Shown here: positions 35,401-44,179 of the stretch, piece by piece
Position numbering within the stretch: position 1 is the first letter of the stretch
How the letters are laid out: each line of letters opens with the position of its first letter
NCBI GenBank assembly: GCA_020697715.1
Contig: JAEHCO010000001.1
Coordinates: 544,001-608,000 of the forward strand
DNA length: 64,000 nt
Direction of reading: 5' to 3'
Source: Methanobacteriota archaeon
GTDB lineage: Archaea > Thermoplasmatota > Thermoplasmata > SG8-5 > JAGLSY01
Program-made: the position numbers and the translations under genes
Notes under the pieces: model-generated
Seen by the model: only the letters and a program-made list of their open reading frames with translations
The model's database searches: none
What the model was told of the DNA's origin: nothing

Positions 35401-38400
35401 TCTCATCATCACTGCTTCCGGTCCTACCTATTCTGAGGACACCACCCAGATCTATGTCGCTATTATCTCCTCCTAATAGATCGACCGTGATGTCATTTCC
35501 TATCATGTCTATGAACACATTCTCTATAGCGAGTATTTTGAACAATGTTCCAAGGCTAACACCATCTGACAATTCAACGTGGATATTGTTATTCATGATC
35601 TTCGCGGTCGTGTTGATGGATTGTGCATTTCTGTAATAGTATCCGATCTCGAAGAACCCGCCTCCTGATACTCCGGGCTTATAATCGGCGAATATCTCAT
35701 TTCCACATATATTGGCCACAAGCTGATCATCACACTCGACCATCACGAATCCATTTAAGTCAGTGTCATGTCCCATATCGAGATCGAACATATTATCGTA
35801 CATGTTCAATGTGGTGTTTGTCGCGATATTATCCGAGCTCTTCTCATATCCGATCCACATGAACCCACCTACGTAGGCCTGGCTGCTGTAATATGCTGTT
35901 TTGAATTCAAATGTATTACCACTGATATTCGCATCAAGCTCTTCAGCGTAGATGATGAATATATTGCCGAAATCCACTTCACCAGATGATATGAGTCTGA
36001 AATCATTGTCTATCATTCTGAAGTCCATTTTCTCAGCATATAGATCATCGTCTAATGTGTATCCGAAACTGAACACCACACCAAATGATGGATGGTCGTC
36101 CGTATATTCATTCAAGACCTCGATGAAGTTCCTCTCTATGTTGACATTCTGATATTCAGTAGCGATTATCCTCCATAGTCCGCCAGCATGATTACATGCA
36201 CCCGGGGTATTGAGTATGATCATATTGTCCGTTATGTTCGCGAACAAATAATCCGATGCATCTCCCCAGCTATTATGCCCTCCCATTTTGAAGAACTGGA
36301 TGTTAAGTTCATAGGCTGCGACATTTTCCAAATAGAACAGATTATCGATCATGTCTATCTTCGTGGTGTCCGTACCCATTATATGAAGGTATACTGCAGA
36401 ATATTGTGTGTAATATCCAATAAGGGAATTACCGATCAATCTGGCAGTAACGTTCTTGGCTGGATTGTCAGATACATATCCTCCGATCTTGATGACGCCG
36501 CCATCGTAATAGTTGCTCTTGATGTTAATGTCATTATCGTACAGATATGCTTTTACCTCTCCGAGGTCTGGCTCTGCCAAGATCTGTATTACGCCGCCCA
36601 GGTTCTCGGAAGTGGTCTTCATGTCCACTTCTATAACGTTCCCGATCATCCACACAGTGGTGTTGAGCGTGTAGTAATCATTATGGCCGTCCCAACCTGC
36701 CTCTACGATCGTGCCAGTGTTCCCACATTCAGTGTATGCGTAATTGTTGATCATGGTCATGTTCAGGTCGAAGAGGGCCATGGTCTGGTAGAAACCGCCT
36801 ATATCTGGAGAATCACTAACTGTGTAATCATAATACATCTTGATGCTGTTCCCTTCAAAGTAAGCATTCACTACCTCGCAATTCGGGTATCTAGCATCCA
36901 TTGGGTCCATATTGCTGTATGATGGATGTCCTATCTTGAACACTCCACCAATGTAGTAACCGCCTTCAACATCATTATCGATCACGACCGCATTAGTGAC
37001 CTTCTTGGCCGCGGTACGTAGCCATCCGCCAATATTCCAGCCATCGCCATACATTCCCATATCTGCAGTGTTCCTAGAGAATTCGACCGTTGTGTATTCT
37101 GGGAACTCATCTTTATCTGATGAACCTATGTTACTACTGGTAGCAAATCCGAATCTGAATGAATCAAAGTTCGTGTCTCCATCTAGACCGGTCATGTAAT
37201 TGTCAACTACCTTTGCATTGACATCGTTCTTCGCATTGAAGTTGTTGTGACCGTCATTGGCGATCATCGTATTGTTGGCTATCAGGACCGTTGTGTGGTT
37301 GGCTGCTCTGAAATCATCGAGCCAGCCGATACCGCCCCAGATCATTCCGCCTTCATTGTGGTATAAGAGATTTCTCTCGACGGTCATGTCTATCGTGCCT
37401 TCTTCATCAGCCATAGCGAATATGACTGACGCGTCCATCTCACTGAGTCCATCCTGTCTCCAGAAGTCACAGTCGTGCACGTTCATCGTCACACTGCTGC
37501 CACCGTAGGTATTGACACCCCATCCATTCGCCGAAATGTTCATGTTGAATACCTCGACATTGATGGTATCTGCCATAAGGTAGACCGCGTGTTGGCCATT
37601 ATTGATTATCTCATAATCCGAAACAATGTAATTGATATTGAATCCTGGATCGCTCCAGTTAGTGATGCCGAGTCCTATTCCTGCATTACCATCTATGAGA
37701 TTGCCGGTAAAGGCAGCTGGATAGCAACTGTCGAATATCAAACCATGTCCGCCATCGCCGATCAAGCTGTTGGTGATGCTCACACTGTTGGATTCGATAT
37801 AGGTTCCGATCATCATTTTGTCCGCACCGTAAGATGTGGCATTGACCGTACAATCCAGCCAGTTGCCCCCTGATATGTCCGTACCATTTGCAGTACTGTT
37901 CATTCCAACAGCGACGGTTGAATCGACTCCGACCTGTGTGTCTAGGTCTATTGTGGTTCCAGATATTATCTCGAAGTGGTCTGTATTCCATATAACGGTC
38001 GCTCCAATGAATCCGCCGGTACCAATTGCCTGTATGGCATTCTGGATTATTGCGGTCACCTGTGCCATGACGACAACTCCAGTGAAGTCAAGACCCCATA
38101 TGTCTGCTGGTACCCCATCAATGGTCACGCTTAATTCTCCATCTGTGATGGGAGCCCAGTTAGCAACGACATTCTCCACATTTGGGCCGCCGACCAGGTA
38201 TCCGTTGATATCTGTGCGTCCCACATTGAGTATCTCACTGTTCTGGACATCCAATACTGCTCCTGCATCCACATACATGTATGTTTCGAAGGCAGGGTTG
38301 CTTGAAGTTATGACAGACGCATCTGCATCGCCAGCTTCCAAAGGTGTAAGTCCATCTCCTCCATCCTGAAGGTACATGTTTCCACCTACGTAGATCATGT

Positions 38401-38677
38401 ACTGTCCTATCATGGTGCAGTTCATTTGGATCGTCGTGTTAACAAGTGTAAGGGTTGCCCCTGGCGGTACAGACAGGTTTCCCGTCAACACAATTATCTC
38501 ATCTGTGTATGTTTCGGATCCTGCGACCGTCCAATCGCCGTCGATATATTGAATACCGTCCGGGACGTCGCTCGGTGGAGCTGGTGTACCTGCAAGCACT
38601 AATGAAGTATTCGCAAATACCACGCTCACCATTACTATGCTCATTATCAAAGCACTAAGTTTATTTTTCATAGTCAT
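32441..38677 (-). CDS. Large cell-surface protein: signal peptide, beta-helix region, two DUF3383-like inserts, 3 PKD domains, Ig-like domain, Asp-rich stalk, TM anchor
   Basis: N-terminal signal peptide, Asn-ladder repeats, PVADAG..WTF..PG.YDVTLTV.D PKD motifs, Big_5-like FTEAMD..DLAGN and FMWIIIIIILVVIIVL. Confidence 0.85.
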   Translation of the reverse strand: MTMKNKLSALIMSIVMVSVVFANTSLVLAGTPAPPSDVPDGIQYIDGDWTVAGSETYTDEIIVLTGNLSVPPGATLTLVNTTIQMNCTMIGQYMIYVGGNMYLQDGGDGLTPLEAGDADASVITSSNPAFETYMYVDAGAVLDVQNSEILNVGRTDINGYLVGGPNVENVVANWAPITDGELSVTIDGVPADIWGLDFTGVVVMAQVTAIIQNAIQAIGTGGFIGATVIWNTDHFEIISGTTIDLDTQVGVDSTVAVGMNSTANGTDISGGNWLDCTVNATSYGADKMMIGTYIESNSVSITNSLIGDGGHGLIFDSCYPAAFTGNLIDGNAGIGLGITNWSDPGFNINYIVSDYEIINNGQHAVYLMADTINVEVFNMNISANGWGVNTYGGSSVTMNVHDCDFWRQDGLSEMDASVIFAMADEEGTIDMTVERNLLYHNEGGMIWGGIGWLDDFRAANHTTVLIANNTMIANDGHNNFNAKNDVNAKVVDNYMTGLDGDTNFDSFRFGFATSSNIGSSDKDEFPEYTTVEFSRNTADMGMYGDGWNIGGWLRTAAKKVTNAVVIDNDVEGGYYIGGVFKIGHPSYSNMDPMDARYPNCEVVNAYFEGNSIKMYYDYTVSDSPDIGGFYQTMALFDLNMTMINNYAYTECGNTGTIVEAGWDGHNDYYTLNTTVWMIGNVIEVDMKTTSENLGGVIQILAEPDLGEVKAYLYDNDINIKSNYYDGGVIKIGGYVSDNPAKNVTARLIGNSLIGYYTQYSAVYLHIMGTDTTKIDMIDNLFYLENVAAYELNIQFFKMGGHNSWGDASDYLFANITDNMIILNTPGACNHAGGLWRIIATEYQNVNIERNFIEVLNEYTDDHPSFGVVFSFGYTLDDDLYAEKMDFRMIDNDFRLISSGEVDFGNIFIIYAEELDANISGNTFEFKTAYYSSQAYVGGFMWIGYEKSSDNIATNTTLNMYDNMFDLDMGHDTDLNGFVMVECDDQLVANICGNEIFADYKPGVSGGGFFEIGYYYRNAQSINTTAKIMNNNIHVELSDGVSLGTLFKILAIENVFIDMIGNDITVDLLGGDNSDIDLGGVLRIGRTGSSDDETAEVVKGTISGNNIVVNTNEYNYGGQILRMSATDLVDVVMNDNVMQAFIMTGNEDDIYDLGVRIGYECESNGILTDDVILHMSNNIFGPGAVGSALAVGANNNLTFDFIGGTLQNAFYCDSYTTEPAYGNGLSLQAGNTLNALIQDATIIDNRGAGIYASAYNDSYVDIINCDIIGNYYNGIYLNSDMGTVTSNIMECNIIDNANDYNGDVGSSNGIEAFNAVIYMENCTFDNPDADYELDLDGITDVTALNTYFNKDSVYLNDMSAYLTGGSNPETNVSAWALITNATFNITIDGTSVDVGPFSFAGAVLMNDVALDIRNAIIGAGIAGVTVTWTGTEFVIYSPTQGFESSITILSAHSGGAGTDISGTTMSAAGWWMDCAGNATVTAGISSTLLLKWYMHVKAEQQGTGFGLPSTLIDVWDAFGTQILASGVTGNDGYLRWIVSDEYYQTSTTQTNYTAHDVTATKAPASGTAQPIMDTTKDVVIILDYVTTPPVADAGPPQTVDEDATFTLDGSGTTDDFYIVSWDWSNAGLGLALSGETVNYMIAEPGVYDITLTVTDAEGYTDTDIVVITVLDITPPTADAGMDMTVNEDTNMTFNGTGADNVGVVSYTWTFNDGTAQTLNGADVVYNFTEPGTYDVTLTVEDAVGLTGTSMITVTVLDITPPTAIDGDGQTVAPGTEVTLDGSASTDNVGIVGYEWTFNDGANVVTITNDIMNHTFSVLGNHTLVLKVWDAAGNEDTLTTWVNVVDMTAPEVLVIAPGDGLEDVPLDWDLIVVFTEAMDTASVESVFTVAGTNVTGFTWDTTGRYVTVSFDELGYDTEYTFVVGAGAMDLAGNDMGTAHTDSFLTALNTTVPIDDTDDTDDTNGTDDDDDVVVDDDDDDVVVDDDDDDDVVVDDDDDDTPVDGDDDAEDGDGGNDFMWIIIIIILVVIIVLQAMMKGKKPEGEAPPVEEAPEPAPEPEETPEPEAEGPADDVSSDDLVTE
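32691..32789. repeat. Tandem 27-30-bp coding repeat (DDDDDDVVV)n
   Basis: tcgtcgtc(gtc)atcgtcaacaacaacatca occurs three times. Confidence 0.8.
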
Positions 38678-38855
38678 TCCTCTCTCAATTCTCTACTTAA
38701 ATGTGTTTATACTTATTACGTATGGTTAATATAAAGGAATTTAACAATGTTATATATAAATATCCTTAACAATAGATAATACCGTGCTTTTTGGCACATA
38801 TCTTGGATACAGATATCGAAATAGGAAATAAAAAATCAAAATAAAAAGTAAAAGG

Positions 38856-38879
38856 GGGGAAGACTGGCTCGTCTTCCCC
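38856..38879 (-). terminator. GC stem-loop plus U-tract terminator of the 1702-aa surface protein gene
   Basis: ggggaagac-tggctc-gtcttcccc next to A-runs. Confidence 0.75.
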
Positions 38880-38901
38880 ATTTTCTCTAGGCCTTTATCG
38901 A

Positions 38902-41900
38902 TCACTCAGACACTGGATCATCAGCAGGAGCCTCTGGTGCCGCTTCTGGCTCAGGGGCTGGTTCTGGTGCTTCCTCGACAGGTGGTGCTGCATCAGGTTT
39001 ATTTCCATTCTTCATTGCCTGAAGCACGATTATGACAGCCATTATGATGATTATGATGATCCACATGAAGTCATTTCCTCCTGTGTCTTCTGCGTCATCG
39101 TCGTCATCCACGGGTGTATCGTCGTCGTCATCGTCGTCAACAACATCATCGTCATCATCATCGTCGTCGTCATCAACGATCGGTGTGTCGTCGTCAATAT
39201 CATCGATTATCCCGTCGCCATCATCATCCAAGTCCTCGGTCAGGTTCGTGTCGTACTGATCATAGCCTGGGTTGTACACATCCGGCATTCCATCAGCATC
39301 TGTGTCGATAGATGCTGCTGGATCGTTCGGGAAGGCATCATCCACATCATCCACACCATCGCCGTCTGTATCATCAACAGTTGGCTCTACAGGTGGTGGT
39401 GGCGTGTGATCGATAGCTGTCAGGAAACTGTCTGCGTGTGCGGTTCCCATTTCATTGCCAGCCAGATCCATTGCCTCTGGTCCCACAGTGAAGTTATATT
39501 CTGTGTCATATCCCAGTTCTTCGAATGATATCGTCACATACCTGTCTGTCATATCCCAATCAAAGTCAGTGACATTTACTCCCGATATGTTGAAGGCCGC
39601 TTCTACAGATGCTGTGTCCATTGCCTCGGTGAAGACGATTATGAGGTTCCAGTCCAGTGGGACATCTTCTGAATCTTCACCAGGTGCTATGACCAAGACC
39701 TCGGGTGCTGTCACATCAATGACATTCACCCATACGGTCAATGTGTCGCTGTTTCCAGCCGCATCCCATACTTCCAGCGTCACGGTGAAGTTACCGAGGT
39801 TCATGAAAGTGTGGTTCATTACAGGTCCATTCTGCACGACATCATTAGCCCCATCATTGAAGGTCCATTCGAAGGCCGTGATGCCAACATTATCAGTACT
39901 GGCCGTACCATCCAAAGTCACCTCCGTTCCCTGTGGAACTGTCTGACCATCACCATCTATCGCTACTGGTGGTGTCATGTCGATTATGGTTATGCTCACA
40001 TCATTGGAGTCTGTCAATCCAGCTCCATCTGTCACTGTCAGGGTAACATCATATACCCCTGGTTCAGCAAAGACGTAGTCAGGGCTGCTTCCCCATATTG
40101 TCTGGCTAGTTCCATTATCCATAAAGGTCCATGTGTAGTTCGTAATACCTACATTGTCGTAACTGGCTGAGCTATCGAAGGAAACCGTAGTGTCTTCATT
40201 AGCGCTCAGATCCATTCCTGCATCTGCTACTGGATTTGTCACATCCAATACGGTTATCGTCACCATGTCGGTGTCAGTGGCACCTACATTGTCGGTCACT
40301 GTCAGGGTGAAGTCATACACACCAGGATTGGCGAACATGTAATTCACGGTCTCACCAGAGAGTGTGATGGTTCCTGATCCATCTACCCAGCTCCAGGAAA
40401 CTATCTGTATATCATCCGAGGACCCACTTCCATCAAGGAGTGTGCTGGTATCTTCATTTATGGATATTGATGTTCCAGCATCTGCATTAGGTGCCAGATC
40501 GGTATAGTCCAATGAAACGATGACATCCTTGGAACTGAACATATTCGCGTTCACAGAACCTGTTGTCACGCCCTTGACCGCTTCTACTGTATGTGGTGTG
40601 AACAATTGGCTGTAAGAGTTGGTCTGTAGTGACTGGTCAGCAATTATCCATCTTCTGTAACCATCCCAGGATGACATTCCTGAGTAGACCACATTGCTGT
40701 CAGCATCCGATACTGTGATGCTCGCACCTGGTATTGCCATTCCAGTTCCCTGCTGCTGGACCTTCACGTTCATGAACCATTGGTTCAATAACCAGCTTCC
40801 AGTTCCTTGCATCGGAGTGCCATTGGCACAGGACATCCAGAAACCACCGGCGCTTGCATTGATACCAGATATATCGGTTCCCATGGTTCCAGTCGATTGC
40901 ATCAATGGTGATACATATGTGAGCACTCCACCATTACTAGATTCTATTTCGAAGTGGTCCGTGTTCCAGGTACATGAGGCAGAGAAAAATCCGTCAGTGG
41001 GACTGGCGGAAGCAGCTTGCAATGCCATTGTTATTGTGCCAGCGACATTGAACATGTCTAGACAACCAGTGAAGTCTATTCCGTCAATGTTCTTGACGTC
41101 ACCATCAATGTCTATCATGAAGGAACCGTCGGTTGTGGTGTTCCACAAGGTGAGGTTTGTCTCGACCCATTGGGTTCCAATGAGGCTTCCCCAGGTGAGA
41201 CTTTCGATATCTGTGTCCCCTCTGTCGAAGAAGGAGTTCAGTGCAGTGGCATTGGTGAATCCTCGGAGATCTAATTCATAATCACCGTTCATGTCATTGT
41301 TCAGTGTGCTGTTCTCCAACAATAGGATGACATCCTCTGCGTAGATCCCACTTCCTGCACCACAATTTCCGTCCCAATCTGCACCATTGCCTATGATGGC
41401 TGAATCTGCGATCTCGAAATTACCGTCGCCGTTACCATCAGTATCATACAAATAGACACCGTGCCAGTAATTATCATGTATGAAGCAGTTCTCGATGGTC
41501 ACATCAGCTTCTCCAACGGTCTCGATACAGATACCTGCGCCTTCATTATCATAGAACTCTCCATTCATTATGGTTGCATCAAGGGAATTCTCGGCCATTA
41601 GGGTCAAACCATTTCCATATGTAGTATAGGATGTGAAACTTCCAGTTCCACCACAATCTCCGTAATAAGCGCCGACCATAGTGTCCCCATCTGAGGTGAA
41701 GGTCAGGTTGTTGTTGGCTCCGACCACGTAGTTGCTTCCGATTCCAGCATTCTTGAAGTAATTGTTGCTGGATGTCACAACTGCATTCTCATTCTGAATA
41801 CCATAGGAATTACAATTGTAACCGATCCTCATGCCGTAGTCATAATCGGCTGTTCCATCTTCCCATACGGCTTCGATGTAGTTGTTGTTGATGTCTGCGG

Positions 41901-44010
41901 TGATATTGTTGTTGGCTACAGCCCGCACAGCACCGCCTGAATCTGCATCATGGTGGAAATTACCTTGGATCGTGTTATCATTGAAGACAAGGTATAGATC
42001 CTCGCAATAGGCCCAACCATAGCTACTTCCGATCTTAAAGGCGCCCTCAAAGTCTGCCCAGCTACCAGACCCATCATCAATACGTGATTGTGTTATGTCA
42101 TTACCAGTTATGTTACATACCAATTGATCATCAGAAGTAATGACGATCGCCTTAACACCAACTTCTCCGCCACCATATATGTTCTGAATTACAGTATTAT
42201 CGATGAAATTACATGTGACATTAGGGGTGAGATAATCTGTATATTGGTCATCTCCACCTATCATCATCATCGGAATTGTGTCCCATGTTAGGAATGGTGC
42301 ATCATTGTTCTCAACATAATTATCAACAAAATCCAGGTTGAGCTCTTCATTCGCCCATGCATAGAACAGTGCTCCGAGCTGGCCTGAAGAGTAGGTTTGA
42401 TCATCCACTGGCTTCAATACAAACGTATTTCCACTGACCGTGGCATTACAATAATCTGCATTACCCATATGGAAAGCATGCCCTTTCTCATCAACAGCAA
42501 CCATGTAATCATGTTTGGCAGATGAGAAGAAATAATTGTCGGTATATTCAATGTCCATTTCCTTCTCAGCATTGAATTGGATAGATGTCCTATGATAGGA
42601 ATCTGTGCTGTCGTCATCAAGAACTATGAATTCGTTACGGGAAACAAAGGCATCCAAAGTCTGTGGGAAGACCCACTCACTGTAGAAGTAATGTCCAATG
42701 TTCAGCATGGTCCTGCTCTCATAGATACCACCATGTAAGATGCGGTTATCTGTGAAAGTGACGTCCATGTGGTCCCAAGCTCCCATCTTGATGGCATGTG
42801 GGACATCCCATCCATCCGTTGGAAGACCATAATAGAATTCATTGCCGACCATGGTCACGGTAAGGTTCCCACAACGGGTATTCTCTTGATAGTAACCGAT
42901 CTGCTGCATTCCTCCTTCACTGTGATAATCCGAACCACCCATGTAATTGTCGTTAATTGTTATGTCTAGGTCGCCCAAGGCTGTATATCGGCATCCGCCA
43001 TTATTTCCGTAGATATTGTTATTGTTGACCACAACTTTCGCATATGAAGGGCCATCTACACCACCGTTATCGTGGTCGAATCCAACGAATACACCGTTGC
43101 AGCCGTTCTCAATGATGTCATTACCTACAATATTTGCATTCAGGACTCCGTTGGTCAAAATGTAAAGAGCGGAATATCCAGACCCATCATTGCGCCAGAT
43201 CTCATTGCCGTGAACATCGGCGTTCAATGTTCCGTTTCCCATCACAACTATCCCATTTTCATTGAAGGACACGTTCATGCCGAATATCTCGATATTCACA
43301 TTCACTCCAGACAGGTAAACACCTGGCCCTCCATTGTTCAGGACAACGTTGTTGGAAAGGACACCGCTGATATTGTAGAATGGGTCTGATATATCTCCAG
43401 CTCCAATTCCGATACCATCATTGTCCTCGACCAGGTTGTTCTGCAAGGATGCTGGCCAGCAGCTGTCAAAGATCAAACCATGTTCTCCGTCCGCAATACG
43501 GCTGTTATCAATATTTGCCATACTTGTTCTGATGAAGACACCGCTCCATTGATCTGGAGGCATATTGGTATTGTTACCAACATTCAATATCTCACTGTTC
43601 TGTATGTTCAGCACAGCATTAGGCCCAGTCCAGAAGTTGTATCTGGATACATTAGCATCTATAACACTCGCATCTGCATCCATTGCGTCTGATGGGTCGT
43701 ATCCATCGCCACCATCATACATGTTCAGCGTCCCCTGAACATCGATATGCGTCCTGTTGGCTACTGAGCAGTTCATCATAATTGTGACATTGGTCAATGT
43801 CAATGACGCTCCTACTGGAATGGTTATATTTCCTTCCACGTATATTGTCTCGTTCACATAGCTTTCAGCTCCTGCGATCACCCAATCTCCCGGAACATAG
43901 AAATCGTTAGTCTCCAATACGGGAGAACTAGCCATAACCAAGCTCGTGTTCAGGAATATCATGGATATCATTGCAAAGCTGATCAATATTGCTGATATTC
44001 TTTTATTCAT
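38902..44010 (-). CDS. Large cell-surface protein, paralog of 32441-38677 (one DUF3383-like insert, 3 PKD, Ig-like, TSP3-like repeat, TM anchor)
   Basis: Same architecture and near-identical C-terminus, plus DTDGDGVDDVDDAFPNDP. Confidence 0.85.
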   Translation of the reverse strand: MNKRISAILISFAMISMIFLNTSLVMASSPVLETNDFYVPGDWVIAGAESYVNETIYVEGNITIPVGASLTLTNVTIMMNCSVANRTHIDVQGTLNMYDGGDGYDPSDAMDADASVIDANVSRYNFWTGPNAVLNIQNSEILNVGNNTNMPPDQWSGVFIRTSMANIDNSRIADGEHGLIFDSCWPASLQNNLVEDNDGIGIGAGDISDPFYNISGVLSNNVVLNNGGPGVYLSGVNVNIEIFGMNVSFNENGIVVMGNGTLNADVHGNEIWRNDGSGYSALYILTNGVLNANIVGNDIIENGCNGVFVGFDHDNGGVDGPSYAKVVVNNNNIYGNNGGCRYTALGDLDITINDNYMGGSDYHSEGGMQQIGYYQENTRCGNLTVTMVGNEFYYGLPTDGWDVPHAIKMGAWDHMDVTFTDNRILHGGIYESRTMLNIGHYFYSEWVFPQTLDAFVSRNEFIVLDDDSTDSYHRTSIQFNAEKEMDIEYTDNYFFSSAKHDYMVAVDEKGHAFHMGNADYCNATVSGNTFVLKPVDDQTYSSGQLGALFYAWANEELNLDFVDNYVENNDAPFLTWDTIPMMMIGGDDQYTDYLTPNVTCNFIDNTVIQNIYGGGEVGVKAIVITSDDQLVCNITGNDITQSRIDDGSGSWADFEGAFKIGSSYGWAYCEDLYLVFNDNTIQGNFHHDADSGGAVRAVANNNITADINNNYIEAVWEDGTADYDYGMRIGYNCNSYGIQNENAVVTSSNNYFKNAGIGSNYVVGANNNLTFTSDGDTMVGAYYGDCGGTGSFTSYTTYGNGLTLMAENSLDATIMNGEFYDNEGAGICIETVGEADVTIENCFIHDNYWHGVYLYDTDGNGDGNFEIADSAIIGNGADWDGNCGAGSGIYAEDVILLLENSTLNNDMNGDYELDLRGFTNATALNSFFDRGDTDIESLTWGSLIGTQWVETNLTLWNTTTDGSFMIDIDGDVKNIDGIDFTGCLDMFNVAGTITMALQAASASPTDGFFSASCTWNTDHFEIESSNGGVLTYVSPLMQSTGTMGTDISGINASAGGFWMSCANGTPMQGTGSWLLNQWFMNVKVQQQGTGMAIPGASITVSDADSNVVYSGMSSWDGYRRWIIADQSLQTNSYSQLFTPHTVEAVKGVTTGSVNANMFSSKDVIVSLDYTDLAPNADAGTSISINEDTSTLLDGSGSSDDIQIVSWSWVDGSGTITLSGETVNYMFANPGVYDFTLTVTDNVGATDTDMVTITVLDVTNPVADAGMDLSANEDTTVSFDSSASYDNVGITNYTWTFMDNGTSQTIWGSSPDYVFAEPGVYDVTLTVTDGAGLTDSNDVSITIIDMTPPVAIDGDGQTVPQGTEVTLDGTASTDNVGITAFEWTFNDGANDVVQNGPVMNHTFMNLGNFTVTLEVWDAAGNSDTLTVWVNVIDVTAPEVLVIAPGEDSEDVPLDWNLIIVFTEAMDTASVEAAFNISGVNVTDFDWDMTDRYVTISFEELGYDTEYNFTVGPEAMDLAGNEMGTAHADSFLTAIDHTPPPPVEPTVDDTDGDGVDDVDDAFPNDPAASIDTDADGMPDVYNPGYDQYDTNLTEDLDDDGDGIIDDIDDDTPIVDDDDDDDDDDVVDDDDDDDTPVDDDDDAEDTGGNDFMWIIIIIIMAVIIVLQAMKNGNKPDAAPPVEEAPEPAPEPEAAPEAPADDPVSE

Positions 44011-44179
44011 GTAATACCCTCGTCTTTTCTATATTTCTTTTCTTCCTCACCTTTTTAACTTTGTTAAGTATAGTTAACAATACAATAATAACAGTGGTAT
44101 ATATAATCAATCTAAACGATTGTTAATTCCATATTACATTAAATTGAGGGGATATAGTTAAATCCAAACAGACCATTGA

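Noticed and set aside
37826-38203. Inserted modules in the surface proteins as inteins
   Set aside because: No N-terminal C/S, no TxxH block and no C-terminal HN-[CST] splice motifs.
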